Positions 13,693 through 27,900 of a DNA stretch of 64,000 nucleotides are shown one piece after another. The position numbers were made by a program, and so were the translations under genes. Source of the stretch: Bugula neritina (lineage: Eukaryota; Animalia; Bryozoa); contig OZ037773.1 in NCBI GenBank assembly GCA_964035545.1, positions 1,145,751 to 1,209,750 of the forward strand. Direction: 5' to 3'. The stretch's first letter is position 1, and each line of letters starts with the position of its first letter. Under the pieces are notes generated by a model. It saw only the letters and a list, made by a program, of their open reading frames with translations. It made no database searches and had not been told where the DNA came from.

Positions 13693-14961
13693 TGCTAAAA
13701 TGTAGGGCAATGAAACAATAAGCATTGGACAAACTATGTATGCTTTCCTATATGCTAAAAACAGTGAAAACAGACAATTTAGCAAATTAGTCAAGAGCTT
13801 ATAGTTATAGCTCTTACCATATATTGTATGATGCAAGATGTCTTAAAAATAAACTCACATGACCAAAAGTTGAAAGTCGATTTGCACCAACTAGCAAAGT
13901 TCAAACGAAAGAATGACAGAACTTACTGGCAGGGTGACTACACGTTGCTTATTCGTCTTTCTGTAGCAAAAGCTAACCAAATATCCATGCAAGTATTTGC
14001 AGCTACTTATAGTGTTTTATATATATGATGAAATAATTTAGAAAAGATGCTTGCAAGAAGCTGAGTAAGTCAAAGCAGCTAGTTTCTAACTAAAATATAT
14101 CACCATTATAATCAGCTTCTGTATAACTAAAGGCTGCTACTGCCTGATAAAGTTTCATGTTATAAACTTTGATATTGGTTGCTGATGATAACACAAGATA
14201 AACACTTTAATCATCATTGTAATGTGAGGGGAGCTTTTATTGAATAAAATAGGCAACATTTCATCCTGGTTTGCTATATATAAATCGCAATTATTTTGCT
14301 AGAAATTTCAAAAAAACTGACTAAAACAATATTAAATTTGTCTAAAGTTTTAGTAAGGTAAAGTTCTTGTTTGACCCAAACATGGAAGCTCAATACGTTT
14401 TGCAAGATTAGAAGATTTTAACTTACTAATTCTAATAAACATAGTGCTTTGTAACGGGTAAAAAATAAAGCTGTTCTACTTGCAGGCTCTGTAAGTTAAC
14501 TAAAAACAAAGGCTAACTTGAATTGAGAACTAACTAAAACCATGAAAACTAAAAGCTCAAAATGTGTTGAACAGAAAGAGCTTAAACTCAATAAAAAATC
14601 TGAAGTTACCAAATGCTTTTAGTTTATACATAGCCTTTTTATTTGAACATCAACAGTAAATTTGCAATTGCTATCATAAATATCATAGTTACAGACCAAG
14701 TACTATATTGTAAATTAGTAGGCCATTTTAAATTTAAGATTAAACACCGAAACCTTGATGATGCATAACATAATAAAATGACAATATAGCTGCATTTCGT
14801 ACAATTTGTTATACCATATTCTAGATAAAGTAGCTGGTAATATATCCTAAGTAGCATAAAATGTCGAAAAGAAATAGTTGTGCTTCGGAAATTTAATTGT
14901 CGGTTGTATGGTTATCTACAAGTTTATATCTTGAATAATTTTTAATATAATATCATGTTTA

Positions 14962-15102
14962 TGTGTGTGTTTTGTGTGTGTTTTGTGTGTGTTGTGTGTG
15001 TTGTGTGTGTTGTGTGTGCGCGTGTGTGCGCTTGTGTTGCGTGTGTGCGCGTGTGTGCGCGTGTGTGCGCGTGTGTGTGCGTGTGTGCGTGTGTGTGCGT
15101 GT
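14962..15102. repeat. Interrupted (GT)/(GCGT) microsatellite
   Basis: Read directly from the sequence. Confidence 0.9.
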
Positions 15103-15429
15103 AATATGATGATGAGGATATGTTCTGCAGCAAATCAAAATATTTGTTCTCTCATACCAAATAATTAGGCCTTCAATTAAAATGTGTCCAAAGTTTGTCG
15201 GTTGATAATTTGAATTTATACTTTTAGTGCAAAAAAAGGGCACAGTTGGCATTTAAAATTTATTTTCGTTTTTTAAAGTATAGTCATAGCAAAAATAATT
15301 CTCTATTATAAGTAGTAAAACATATTTAAAAAATAATGATGTATTACAAAATTGACAGAAAAAAGTTATTAGCATTGAAATATTTCAAAACCTATAAAAC
15401 CAAGAGAATACCGTGTAAGGAGGCTAGGG

Positions 15430-17383
15430 TCAAGCACATGTATTTTTCAACCTCATTAAACACAAAAAGACTATCATGACTAACACGAACAGTGCCGAGC
15501 AGACGTCTAAATACAGTCCCGACGAAAAGGTCACAGTTGCGGCATAAAAAGATCTGAAAGCAATTGTGGCAATGGCACCAACAACCGTTTCGAGAATTGC
15601 ATCCACCCCAAAAAGTTTTCCTAACTCATCCTTATTCACAAAACTTATCTGTAAAGATCGGGTGATAGCAAAAAATACTGATTGAAACCCCCAAAATGTA
15701 GCACCAATCCAAATGCTGTATGGTATAGCGTCAATGGGGATGATCAAATACGCTATAGACATCTCGCTTGCAGCTACAAGGCCTAAAGTCAAGTGGTTTG
15801 GCTTGAAAAATTTTTCAATAACCCAAACAAGAAGTGGCCCTCCAAAAACTTTCATGGCAAGTCCATAAGTGTTAAACACAGAGTAAAGTGTCAAACTCAA
15901 CTCTTTCTCTTTAACAAAATAAAGGAAACCAAGAGTGAGTACGCCAGAAATTGCCGAAAAGCCTAGAATGTAGATGACAAAACATAAGTTTAAAGCAAGC
16001 CGACTGTTTCCTTTTCGCTTTCGAAAAGCACACTTGAATGAGTCCGTCAGATGGCTGAGGCCAATCACATCGCGCCATGTGTATTTCCTGTCTGATTTCA
16101 CGGTGATGTCAGTGAAACATATTAATACAACAGGAAGAGGAAGTAGTGTGAGTGCTGAATTAATGTACATCATGTTAGCTAAACCTAAGTTGTCTATGAT
16201 TGGTCCATTGATCAAGCTTCCTATCATAGCGCCAGCAAGAAATGTTCCTTCAGTAATGGCCATTGATATGGTCCGCTTCTCTTTTGTAGATGCTAATCCA
16301 ACGTAGCTGAAACTTGACATCAGAACCTAAATGAGAAAATAAATTGGCAGGTTAGTGCAAAGGCCAATGAATGTATACAGCATTATTTTGTCAGTGAGTA
16401 AAAGATAACATCCATAATAGTTGCACAGTATGCAAACACTTACCATTGCATATGATCCAAAAATGCTGTATAAAACAGAGTATCCAAGTACTGTAGTCAT
16501 TGGCCAGTTAATAAACCGAGGAGTTGCAAGCAGAGCCAGGAATATAGTCGCAACAGCATTACCAACACATGGCAGCATGTATGGTAGCTTATGACCAATC
16601 CTGTCACAGTAGGAACTTAGCATGAGGTTCACTATCACACAGAGTGGAAGGTAGGTGAGGACGTGATAGTTACCCCAAACAGCTACCTGGTCCTATAAAC
16701 AAAATTGTTCCATAAAAAGTGATACAGGGTTGATAAAATTTTCTAACTCAACTTTACTGCTATGCTAAGCTAAACCAAAGCAAAATTGGCATCTTATGTT
16801 TTGCACCATTAAATGAAGACATAATTTTGCTTCAAATTGAACTTTTTTATATCATTTGATTTTAAAATAATTCTCGTTTCATATCATTAACAATAGAAAC
16901 TGTAACTCAGACCAAATTCTAAAAGTTGAATCAATACTAGGCTTCAGCAATACTAGAGCCAAGACTTGCGTCACAACAAACCTGCAGTTCTGGATGAAGG
17001 ACAGAGAAATCAGGATCTGCACACTGCGTCTGGTTTTTGTACTGGAAGTAGCATATCTTGTTGAAAAGCACAGCATCCAAACATATCAAGTTTACAGCAC
17101 AAGGAAGGAAGAAGAGCAAGTTGCAGACATACACAGGATATGGAGATGGAGAGAAGTTACAGAACAGACTTTTACCCACTGTATACTGCGTCCCTTCAAA
17201 CTCTATGATGTTTTCGTCATCTTCAGTTGTACTCGAGTCAGCTTCCACTTTTCCCATTGCTTCTCTGTTTGCTACCTGAAGTGTCTCTCGGTCTGCTACC
17301 TGAACTGTGTTTACGTCTGCTACCTGAACTGTGTTTACGTCTGCTACCTGAACCTTGTTTACGTCTGCTACTTGGACCGACAT
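15430..17383 (-). CDS. SLC46-family (PCFT-like) MFS transporter, paralog 2 (~515 aa; exons 17383-16982, 16692-16444, 16326-15430)
   Basis: Same 249-nt and 897-nt exons and motifs as paralog 1. N-terminal VQVADVNT repeats. Confidence 0.85.
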
Positions 17384-18841
17384 CTGATGCAGCCGTTGAG
17401 TCTCTTAACAATCAAGCACCAATAAAATTATCTGCCGAACCATGATTTCACCAGGAAATGCCAACATCTGATAAGGTTTGTTGAAGACAGTGTAAAATGA
17501 TGTCGTGCGGTCTTGCAATGACATATCTACCCTTAGCCTCTTTAGAACTCTTACTGTATTTTCTCAACATGTAACTTAATGCGTCATTTTTTATATTATC
17601 CTGAAAGAGTTGATAACCATCTCAATATCCCACAGCATTGATCATGTGTTTATTTAGAGAATGATTTCAAATTAAACAAACTGATACTTCCTGCTAGTTT
17701 TGAATTTTTAGCATTGTTCAAACAATAAAATAATATAAAGTTTTGAAAAAGCATTATGAATAAATAAAGTAACATGCAGAATGCTTTTTAGCTAAACAAG
17801 TAGATATTTCACATTTCAAGTGTAAAACAGAACTTAATTCGTACTCACTTTTTCATGCACCAGGTGTGAAGTGGAAATTTTTTTCTGGCTAATCAGTAAC
17901 CAGGATACAACAGAGTATGTGCAGCTACTGTCTTAATGTGACTTCTTAAACACCCATGATGAAGAGATACCAGGTACACTTGTATATCCACTATGAAACG
18001 CGCAGCATAGCACAAGGCAGGCAGTGTGTCCTTGAGGTTGCATACATAGGCTAAATTCCTATATCCATGATACCATCGGAAGTAACTCACACCATTCCAC
18101 AATATGGAATGAAAGGAAGTAGAATGTAGTATATCTCCGTATCTATTATTGCTAACTTATCAAAACCTTCAAATAGTGGCCATGCATTATTATGTATGTT
18201 ATCTTACTAGATGGATGTTTATATAACGTTGAGATAAGATGAGTTTGCTATCTCCTCTACCCTCTGCATAGGACTTCACATTCATACACATAATGTTGTT
18301 GCTCAGGCTAAATTTATTCATACTATTCTATCACTGGTAATTTACAAAGAAATAATTGAACCTACATTGCATCTAGGAACACATTTTGTAAAGCAGAAAT
18401 ACTTGTAGTTACTTGAGAAAATTATATCAGCATTGCATAGGTTTTATTAGTGTTTTAGACAAATAACTATAATATATTAAAATGTGCACCAATAACATAA
18501 TGATGCATTTCCCTAATTGTATCACTACAAACATAGCATGTTATCGGCTAGGTACTTACTGCACTACCTTCGTGTGAACAGAAGTCTAACCTACAATTTA
18601 GTCTCAAGTAATTATTTGCTCACAAAACAGATGCACAGGAGATTAATGAGATTTTGCAGTGAATGTACATTAGGGTGTGAATATGGAATAGAGATTATAT
18701 CCCGGGATTAAATGGATTAACAACCATTAAATACCCAAGTTCTGCCAGCCACAAGTTGTGGATTCAGTCATTCACAGAGGCATGTTTACATAACATAGGA
18801 GGCAGTGGTTACTCTAGGAAATGTAAATAGAAAAGACAAAA

Positions 18842-20853
18842 ATGGGAGAGGAGCAGCAAAATAAACTGAGTTCTGTAAATAGCAATGTTGAGAAGTTGAA
18901 ATATGCTGCAGCAGTTAGTTGCATGCTACTAACTCTATCAGTAGCACTAAATATTACACTGCTGATAAATGTTTATGGCGGATACAGCTGGGATCAGGTG
19001 AGTGAGGCTCTGTTCTATTTCAGAAATCAAGATTTTCACAAAAAAGTCAATTATGGATTTGGAAGTAGAAACCAGCCAGTAAAGCGTCGAGTTAATCCGT
19101 GACTTATATGAGAGGATAATTCTAACATCGTAGAAAGTGGTCTAGTTGGAACCCTGCTCCTGTATAACGTGTAAAGTTACATTATTAGTTCGAAAAGCAT
19201 GTAACTGCAACCCTGTAGTTACAGTTGTAGGTGGTATGATGCTTGCTAATACGGTGGTCATGATATGATCATGCTATGCATATATTATTATGATTACGAT
19301 GGAATGGAGTAGTACAGGAATGCCATTACATCAAATGAAAACCAGCATGTTCTTATAATGGTTGCTGTTTCATTCAATTAACACTGTTCCTATTGGTCGA
19401 ATGAGAAATCCATTCCCATAATGCAAAGCATGGAGACTGTTCTCAGAACAGCCTCAACAAATTTGGACCTTGCTGTAATAATGCTGCAGTGGTGAAATGC
19501 ATCAAGCAAATGAATTAAACTTATCAAATATATTATTGAAAACCATTTTTTCAGATGCAAACATGTGACAACGCTCAAGGAGATGTACCACACTTTCAGA
19601 TGTGTGCAAGAGAGAAACGAAGCACAGACAGGCTCCAGAAAAAACTTAAGTCTAGCAAAGACCTGCTTTCCTTAGAGGTTAGACTTTGTACTCCTGTCCA
19701 CCATATGTTCTCATACTGTTGAGGTAAAAAGCTGACACTAACAAGTTATATTAAAGGAATACTGTAAACAGCTGGTTGTCCAGGTTTGTCTTGCAGTGTT
19801 AATCATCTGCTCCACGAACTAAATATATGACACTCAGTAATGCGTATTTAGGCATAGACACTTTTTATTATGTTAAGTACATGCAGCTAAAATTACTCAT
19901 CATTGACTCAGGAAGTCGAATAGAAGCTCATTGGTCACAGTCCAGGTGGTGCCAGTATAGCAGCTGACTAACTGACCTAGGTAGCAGTTTAGTAGCTAAA
20001 TAACTGACCTAGGTGTCAGTATAGCAACTGACTAACTGGCCTAGGTGTCAGTATAGCAACTGACTAACTGGCCTAGGTGTCAGTATAGTAGCTGACTAAC
20101 TGACCTAGGTGTCAGTATAGTAGCTGATTAACTTAGCTAAGCCCTGGTAATAAAGACAAACAGAATTTTGTGAAAACTCTGTAAAGCAAGTAGAAATGGT
20201 AACTGCCAATGTATTTCAATTATATTACCTAATTAGAAAAAGACTCGCCCATTTTTAAATCATAAATTTGGTTAGTGCTGCTAAATTGCTGTTTAAATTT
20301 CTGAAATCTGATAATGAATAAAAAGGTCAAACTTTTGTCAACTTTTTAAAAAACTTCAGTAAACCAGGTGTAGGCACTAAACAAATATCAGATAAGCACT
20401 AAAACTTGTCCTTTTTGCATTTCCTAAAATCCAACTGTCTCACTGAAATTATTGCAGGGTGAAGCCATTAAAAGCATTGTTTGTGTAGTGAAAGTTAAAA
20501 AAGATGGATCCGGGAGGAATGATGGCCGCCGAAGAGGTAGAGGTGGAGGCGAAGTATCAACACAACTTCGAAATTGTCGACGAGTCTTTGAAATTGTCTG
20601 TGATAGCTCAAGGAATTGGCATCATCGAATGAGAGGTAAAAAACGACGAAGAAATCAGCCAATTAAAAGAGGTCTTCCAGATAATAGCCAGAATGTAAGT
20701 AACGACGATATGGTGTGTAGAAAAGTTAGTGAGGACGTTACGACACTCAATCAAAGCATTTCTGCAAGTCAAAGTAGTTCTGTGAGCAGCAGATCGAGAG
20801 CGTCGACAAGAGGTGCCACCTGCAGAAGGGTCCCCAGAGTAATTTGTGGGTAG
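18842..20853 (+). CDS. Uncharacterised cysteine-peptide precursor, divergent copy C (~183 aa; exons 18842-18997, 20458-20853)
   Basis: Anchor AAAVSCMLLTLSVALNITLLINVY, a CAG|gtgagt donor and a ttgcag| acceptor in phase 0. Motifs CRRVFEIVC, KKRRR, MVC and CRRVPRVICG*. Confidence 0.7.
19943..20135. repeat. 32-bp minisatellite, about 6 copies, intronic
   Basis: The unit ctaggtgtcagtatagcaactgactaactgac is repeated. Confidence 0.9.
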
Positions 20854-21976
20854 GCAAAGCAAATGTTTCCTCAATATTTCTAAAATTAATGAAGATTAAT
20901 AGCCTTGGATTGAGTACGTTACGTCACACAGTCTAAGGGTGGGACTGACTGTAGACTTGAAGTTTGCTAATCCCTATTTGATCATTCAAGCATACTGTAT
21001 TTAGATGATCCATCTAACAGTTTATTCTGGTACTTTACTTCTTTATAGTTCTCTGTATATATCGTGTTTAAATAAAGATGCTATAATTAATCTTGAAAAT
21101 TAAGATCAGTGTGCAAGTTGTTTAATTCCTCTGACATTATTGTTACCCAGCAAAGTATATTGGCTACAGATATGTGCTAAATGTTTATTATAGAACCCAC
21201 TGCCTGTTTCAAAAGACAATATAGTCATACAATATATATCAAACCAGAAAAAGTTCATCAATGTATTTTTAGGGGTCAGCAACAAAACTGCAAGGAAAAT
21301 TTCGCTTTAATTGCCAACAATTATATTATCTGCTATAATATCAACAAGCCAAGTTGACACTAATAATAAATGAATATAAACGACTAATACTGAAGTCATC
21401 ACGAAATTCTCCTGTATTTTGCTAGAAAAGCTGAGATTGATTAAATCGACATGGCGCAATGATCTCAGGAAAACCTTAAACGATGAGGTGAGGCAAGAGA
21501 CTGAGAACAGTTATTGTATCTTTTAGTTCGAACAGAGAGAGGGAGAGATAAACCTCAACTCTTTCTGGCTGTGGTTTTCATAAGTTATACAGAGAGCTAA
21601 ACTTTATAGCAGTGAGCTTTACTTAGAAAAAGCATCAGCATTGGTTAGCAGCCCTCATTTCTAAGTTTGAAAGTTAAAGAACTAAGGCAATTAGTTTGAG
21701 GAGAAAACCAAATAAACTGAAGCATACTACTTATTGAAGTCCAGCTAACCGAACAGGACAAAGCGGAGATAGGTGAGCTGAAGATACCTTTTATTGAAGC
21801 GTAGCTAAAGGCAAGCAATAATTGATATAAATAACAATCAAGGGAATAGAAATTGGATGTAAAAACTGTATGATTAGTTAAAAAATACAATAAGCATAGG
21901 TTTAGCACCACTAACTATAAAAACCTACAGCTTTGTGTATAAATGTGATTGAACAGTTTAAGGAAAAGAGTCACAG

Positions 21977-24900
21977 TCATAGCAGCATAGCATCAATAAC
22001 TGTACTAGCCGTTACCATGGTGACCTTCTCACTCCTAGGAGGTAGAATAACGAGAGCTTGCGCAGAGCACACGCTCAGCAGACGACTACTTATCTGATTT
22101 CCTGTGATGGTAGCGGAGGGCAGATGGTCACCTTCTTTCCAAGAGAGGAGAGCTCGTTGGTACTCAGGCCGTGGGTCAAGGTTTTTTATATCGGATGAAA
22201 GCTGCAACATACATTTGGTTGTCAGACCGGAGATCTCAATACTGATTATTAAGACGCTCTGAGGGAATTTTCACCAACAAAAACTAATAAATAGGGTCAT
22301 GTAAGAATACTCACCTTGACTTTCCAAAGGTCAGGCATCGGCTTGGGGTCACCCGACATGGCCCGCAGAGCAGGCAGCACAAAGAGGTTACAGGTCACAG
22401 TGGCTGACACTGGGTTGCCTGGTAACCCGAAGAACAGCTTCTTTTTCCCTTCATACACGAGAGTAGCGAATGTTGTGGGTTTCCTGTGAATTAGAGGAAA
22501 TCTAAGGTACAATTGAGAGTAAGGAGAAAGCATACAGTGCAGAGGGTATCTGCAGCTTATTGGAATAAAAGGTGTGAGTAACAGAGAGACTATCGGAATC
22601 TTCTGCAGATTGCCACACGTTATACAAACACAAGGAAATATAAATATACATGCACAGTGGAATAATGTGAACACAGGCGGGGAGAAAAACAAGTGAATGG
22701 ACAAATGTTACATGCAGACTTACAGACAGACAGGCAGACACAGTTACAAACAGATGGACAGTACAGACAGACAAACGGAAAAACAAACAGACAGATGATT
22801 GTTACCCAGGTTTCATGAAGACTCTCCCAAAATGAATGTTTGCATTGAAATCAGTCTGAAGGACTCCTTTGATTAAATCCTGTAAAATACAGATACCCTC
22901 GATAACTACAAATATCTTCAAGGCGCCAGGGGGAGCTGTTGGACAGGAAATGGAGGCTATAATGTTGACAATGTCAACTGATACTTATTTAAATTTATAA
23001 CAGTTTACAGAATTATGGCACATTGTGAACTACTTATAGAGCTACTCCATGCTGGCAAGGGTTTAATGCTTCAAAAGCCTGAATCATATGACAGACAAAA
23101 ATTCTGGCAGGTTTGAGAAAAACAACTACCCTAAATTTAAAAATGGCATTGGAATTGTTTACACGCATGAAAAGTGCTGCCATAGTTACTGATACAAATA
23201 ATGGGTGTGAAAGTGATATTCAGTTGTAAAATTATGCTTTCTTGAAATAACCCAACAAAAACACAACCCACAAGTAAAAAAAAATTAATTAAATCACAGG
23301 TTATCAGGGAAGATACAAAGTTACATCAGCCCTTCTAAAAAAAATATCAATACCCACTGGATTAGATAATCTAGCAATGTAGTTCTAGAAATTAAATTGT
23401 AATTATACTGTATTTCACTTTCATGTCAAAAACATAAAAAGTGCAGTTATTAGCATAAATATGTATATTATACCACCTTCTCTCCCATAGACACGCCCCC
23501 AGATGTCACAATAACATCACTTCCTGTGAACGCCTTGTGGAGAAGCTGCCTCAAGTCTTCTACACTGAGAGTATATACACCACATGATCATTCTTATGCG
23601 GTGGGATAGTGACATGATGTAGTAACTTTAAGGGTGAACAAACTGCCCTTCCCTTGTGCTAATTGCAGCTGTGTGAAAACTACCACTTCAGGTGTATACG
23701 TAAACCACACATGTATTTCATATTATAGGCGCAGCTTTTTCCAATAATCATTAATTTTGCGATTTAGGTTCAAAACTTTCAACTACACAGAAAATAGTAA
23801 GATTTGAGACCTTATCACTCAAATTTTGAACAGCCCTTTCAATTGAAGAATATAGTATAAGACATTTGATGAGATTTATTTATGGTAATTTATACTTATT
23901 TATAACTTGTGATGGCATGTGAATAATATAATTAACATTTTCTTACTCTTCCCCTAACGGTGCTAATGTACAAGTGAGCTCCATCAGAACTAAACAAGGA
24001 GGAGAAAACTCCTGCACAGTAAAACAACTATAGCTTACTTGTCTCTAGCAATACCGAGATCTTCAACTGGTAGCCCGTGCTCCTCCAGGAGGGTTATGAG
24101 GGTCACTCGATTACTGTCCCGTATTTTGCCGTCACCCAGTCGGCTAGCTTCTGGCTCTAGCAACTGAGAAAAAAAGAAAACAGAAATTAGGAAAATAACT
24201 ATAATTAAAATAATTTATGTTATATCTATAAAACAAATAACTTTTTTAAGCAAATTTCTGACACTATGAAACCAGGATCTCTCCATACACTACCATGTAT
24301 TGTAGCTACATGATTCCTTCTTAACAGCTATACAAATTCCTATACATAGATAATTTTTAATTATATACTAATTCACAATAATCCTTTGTAAATTACTTTA
24401 AAAAGCAGAAAATCTAATTATTGGTAATTAGTAATTAATTGGTATTATTTAGTAATTACTAAAATATACTACTCTACCACGAGTTACATATACTACTCTA
24501 CCACGAGTTACATATACTACTCTACCACGAGTTACATATACTACTCTACTACGAGTTACATCTACTACTCTACCACGAGTTACATATACTACTCTACCAC
24601 GAGTTACATATACTACGAGTTACATATACTACGAGTTACATATACTACTCTACCACGAGTTACACATACTACTCTACTACGAGTTACATATACTACTCTA
24701 CTAGGAGTTACATATACTACTCTACTACGAGTTACACATACTACTCTACTATGTGTTACATATACTACTCTACCACGAGTTACATCTACTGCTCTACCAC
24801 GAGTTACATATGCCATTCTATCAATGAGTTAGATTTACAACTCATATTGTCTGCAACCTTACTCACCTCATTTCCTGTAGACATCACGCCCACTTTGGGT

Positions 24901-27900
24901 AATCTGTAGCAGTGGACAGTTGTAACTCCTGCGGTTGCTAGGATACCAACTTCTGCAGCCTTGACCTTCATACCAGGAGAAAGAACTTGTTGACCTTTCG
25001 CAATGTCAGAACCAACAGGTCTATGAGATGTAATAGAATGACAGTGAGGCAACGTGAGAAACAATGAGAAATAGTGTGATGAAGTGAGATAAAATGAGAA
25101 ATAGTGAGATAAAGCAAGATGTAATAGAATAGTGAGAAATAGTGAGATAAAATGAGAAATAGTGAGATGCTGTGAGAAAAGACACAATAATATTAGAGCC
25201 AATGAAATACAGAGAAAAAAGGGAATTCTTGAATTTCAATATTAACTCAATTATTTTATTGTTTAATTCAATTCAATGGTGTGGACTTACAGGGTTACTG
25301 CTAATACATCACTAAAATGTGTAGTAATGAAACACCAGCTCTACAGTGCTTATCTTATACGTATGCCATTACACAACGACTCCTATAGCTTCTGAAACTT
25401 GCGGTGCAACAAAAACAGAGCTAACAAAATAGATTGAATATGTGACACTACAATATCAGTCCTACTATATACCGTATATCAAGGCCTTTACTTGGAGCTT
25501 TAAGTATTTCAACCTGCAGCTCTACTTTCCCATCTTCACTAGATTTTATTAGCTTAGTATCTTCAACCTGCACCACCGAGTCTGCACCATCAGGTAGTGC
25601 CGCCCCTGTATTTATCCTCATGCACTCTCCGCTACTCAGTCTATGACTGGGCTGAACAGACAATTGAATACGAGGCAGTCATTGCAGAGAAATGATAACT
25701 CCAAGTTATGCTAGATGTGCTCAAGTCATAACAAATACTTCTACAGTGTGAATGCAAATAAGTATTATAGCATTTAATATGTAATGAGTTACTAAGCATA
25801 TATCTTCTTCCTGGTTTCTCGTCTACAAGAGACATACTCAGTGCTTTCTGCAGAATTACGTTTGTAACTGAAGTGTATGTGACAAATGCTATGGATAGTT
25901 TCATTAAAAACTGAAATAACTGTGAAGTTGATAAACATTATAGCCTGAGAACCTGAGATACTTACCAAATCACCAGTGACAGAGCTGTCTACCACCTTCC
26001 GAACACCTGCACCATCTGAGGCTACAGGAAATAAGATACAACAAAGAACTGCTTAGAGATAAATTCAAGTTCTTGGGATAGCCGTAGAGTGGAAACAGTG
26101 TAAGACAACTACCAAAGTATATAATAAAACAGACTAAATAAATTATAGTATAGCCCTAGACTTAGTAGGTTTTAGATAAGCTGTTGGTTTGGGTCTAGCA
26201 AAGCTGAAAATAACTCTAAATACAATAGAAACTTATTAAACACTATAATCATGGCTCCACAAATTCTTTGCGTAATTTAAACAAAAACAATTTTATTAAT
26301 TTGAAAAATATTCTTGAAAATGGCAACTATATCGGTGTGTGATGAAGCAAAGGTAAACAACTTTTTACCAATAACAGCATATCCATCTTTAATCGAGGCG
26401 GGAAAAGGGGGAAGAGGCTCCGGAGCGAACACAGACTGTGATAAGATTCGTCCTCTGGCAGCTTTGTACGACAGCAACTCACTGTCGCACACTTCTGATT
26501 GGTCGAGGATGATAGATACAGCTTCCTCTACGGCAAGCATAGGCCATGGTGAGTGTCTGTGTCTCCTAGCAACCAGGTCAGGGTCAATGTTCCTAGCTAC
26601 ACCACTGTCAACTACAATACAGACCTAGCTACACCACTATCAACTACAATACAGATCTAGCTACACCACTGTCAACTACAATACAGAGCTAGCTACACCA
26701 CTGTCAACTAAATGTTTAGCTACACTACGTCAGCTACAAAACAAGGAAAGAAATAACTCTTAATCATAACACGATTCTCACACCAACAGGTAGAAAATTC
26801 TCATAGGCAACTCTGACACTAGTTTTGCTTTTGAACAGATTTGCAAATATACACTCAATTATGAGACTGCATAACATCTGTCAACAGGAGATCAGATGCA
26901 GACAACATGTCACATGACAATGTGATATATTGTCATTGGACACGCTGATGCGTAAGATATTGCCATGTGTCACATGACACTTGACATGTTGTCAAGTGAC
27001 ATACTGTCATGTGACATATCACATGTGAGATACTGTCAAATGTCACGCGATAAAATGACACTTGACATATGACAACACAGCTTATCACTAACTTGCAGGA
27101 GAATGCAGGGGGCAGACATGCCCTTGGGTGGTCTGAGTGACACTGGCATTAGGAGGAAGTGAGGCAGATGAGGCAGGTGCTTGCAAGGCTTGATGTGTCA
27201 ATTTCACTTGTGACTTAGCATCCAAAAGCACATGCAGTGCGTGTGGCAATACAGGCAAAAGGAAGGTGAAACACTCCTATACAGACATATATTATTGGTT
27301 GATAACACAAACTTTTTGCTATTTTAACAGATTGCTTGAAGAGAAAAACTTCAGTAGGACGAAGGATGAATAATGTTGTATGAAAAGTACCAATCTTATT
27401 TGCATATCTATGAAAATTTATTAAATATTCATATTTGTCAAATACTTCTCTTACTTCTGAGCCTTTTTTACTTCCTGGTAAGTTAACTATAAGAGTTTCA
27501 CCACGGACTCCACAGACGGCTCTACAAAGTTTAACATTACCTTCAGAAGACAAAGACTCAAGTTGCGTTTATACCTTCACGATTTTCAGTCGGAAAGTTA
27601 ATTTGGCCGAGTTGGAATTTCTCCGAGTTGCATTACATTGCAAAAGCCACTCGTAAAAATTTTGTATCGTAATAACTTAATCGAAGATTTCGGAATATTA
27701 CTCAAAAGCAATAAAACTCCTTGTAAACATCGTTATTTAGTTATGACTTTGACGATTAGATGGCGTACTTATATGTTAATAACTTTATTGCCTACACCTT
27801 CTCAATTATCGCTTTTATGCTGTCAAGTTCACTAATTCACGACGTTTACAAAGCGCATCAAATAGCGATTAGGCGAGTCAGACTTCACTTTTAGAAAGTA

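Noticed and set aside
11909-17445. Plus-strand ORFs conserved between the two SLC46 loci
   Set aside because: Antisense shadows of near-identical coding exons.
13018-24812. 35-, 32- and 24-bp repeat arrays as possible CRISPR arrays
   Set aside because: The units are head-to-tail with no unique spacers, lie in introns of a eukaryote, and have no cas genes nearby.
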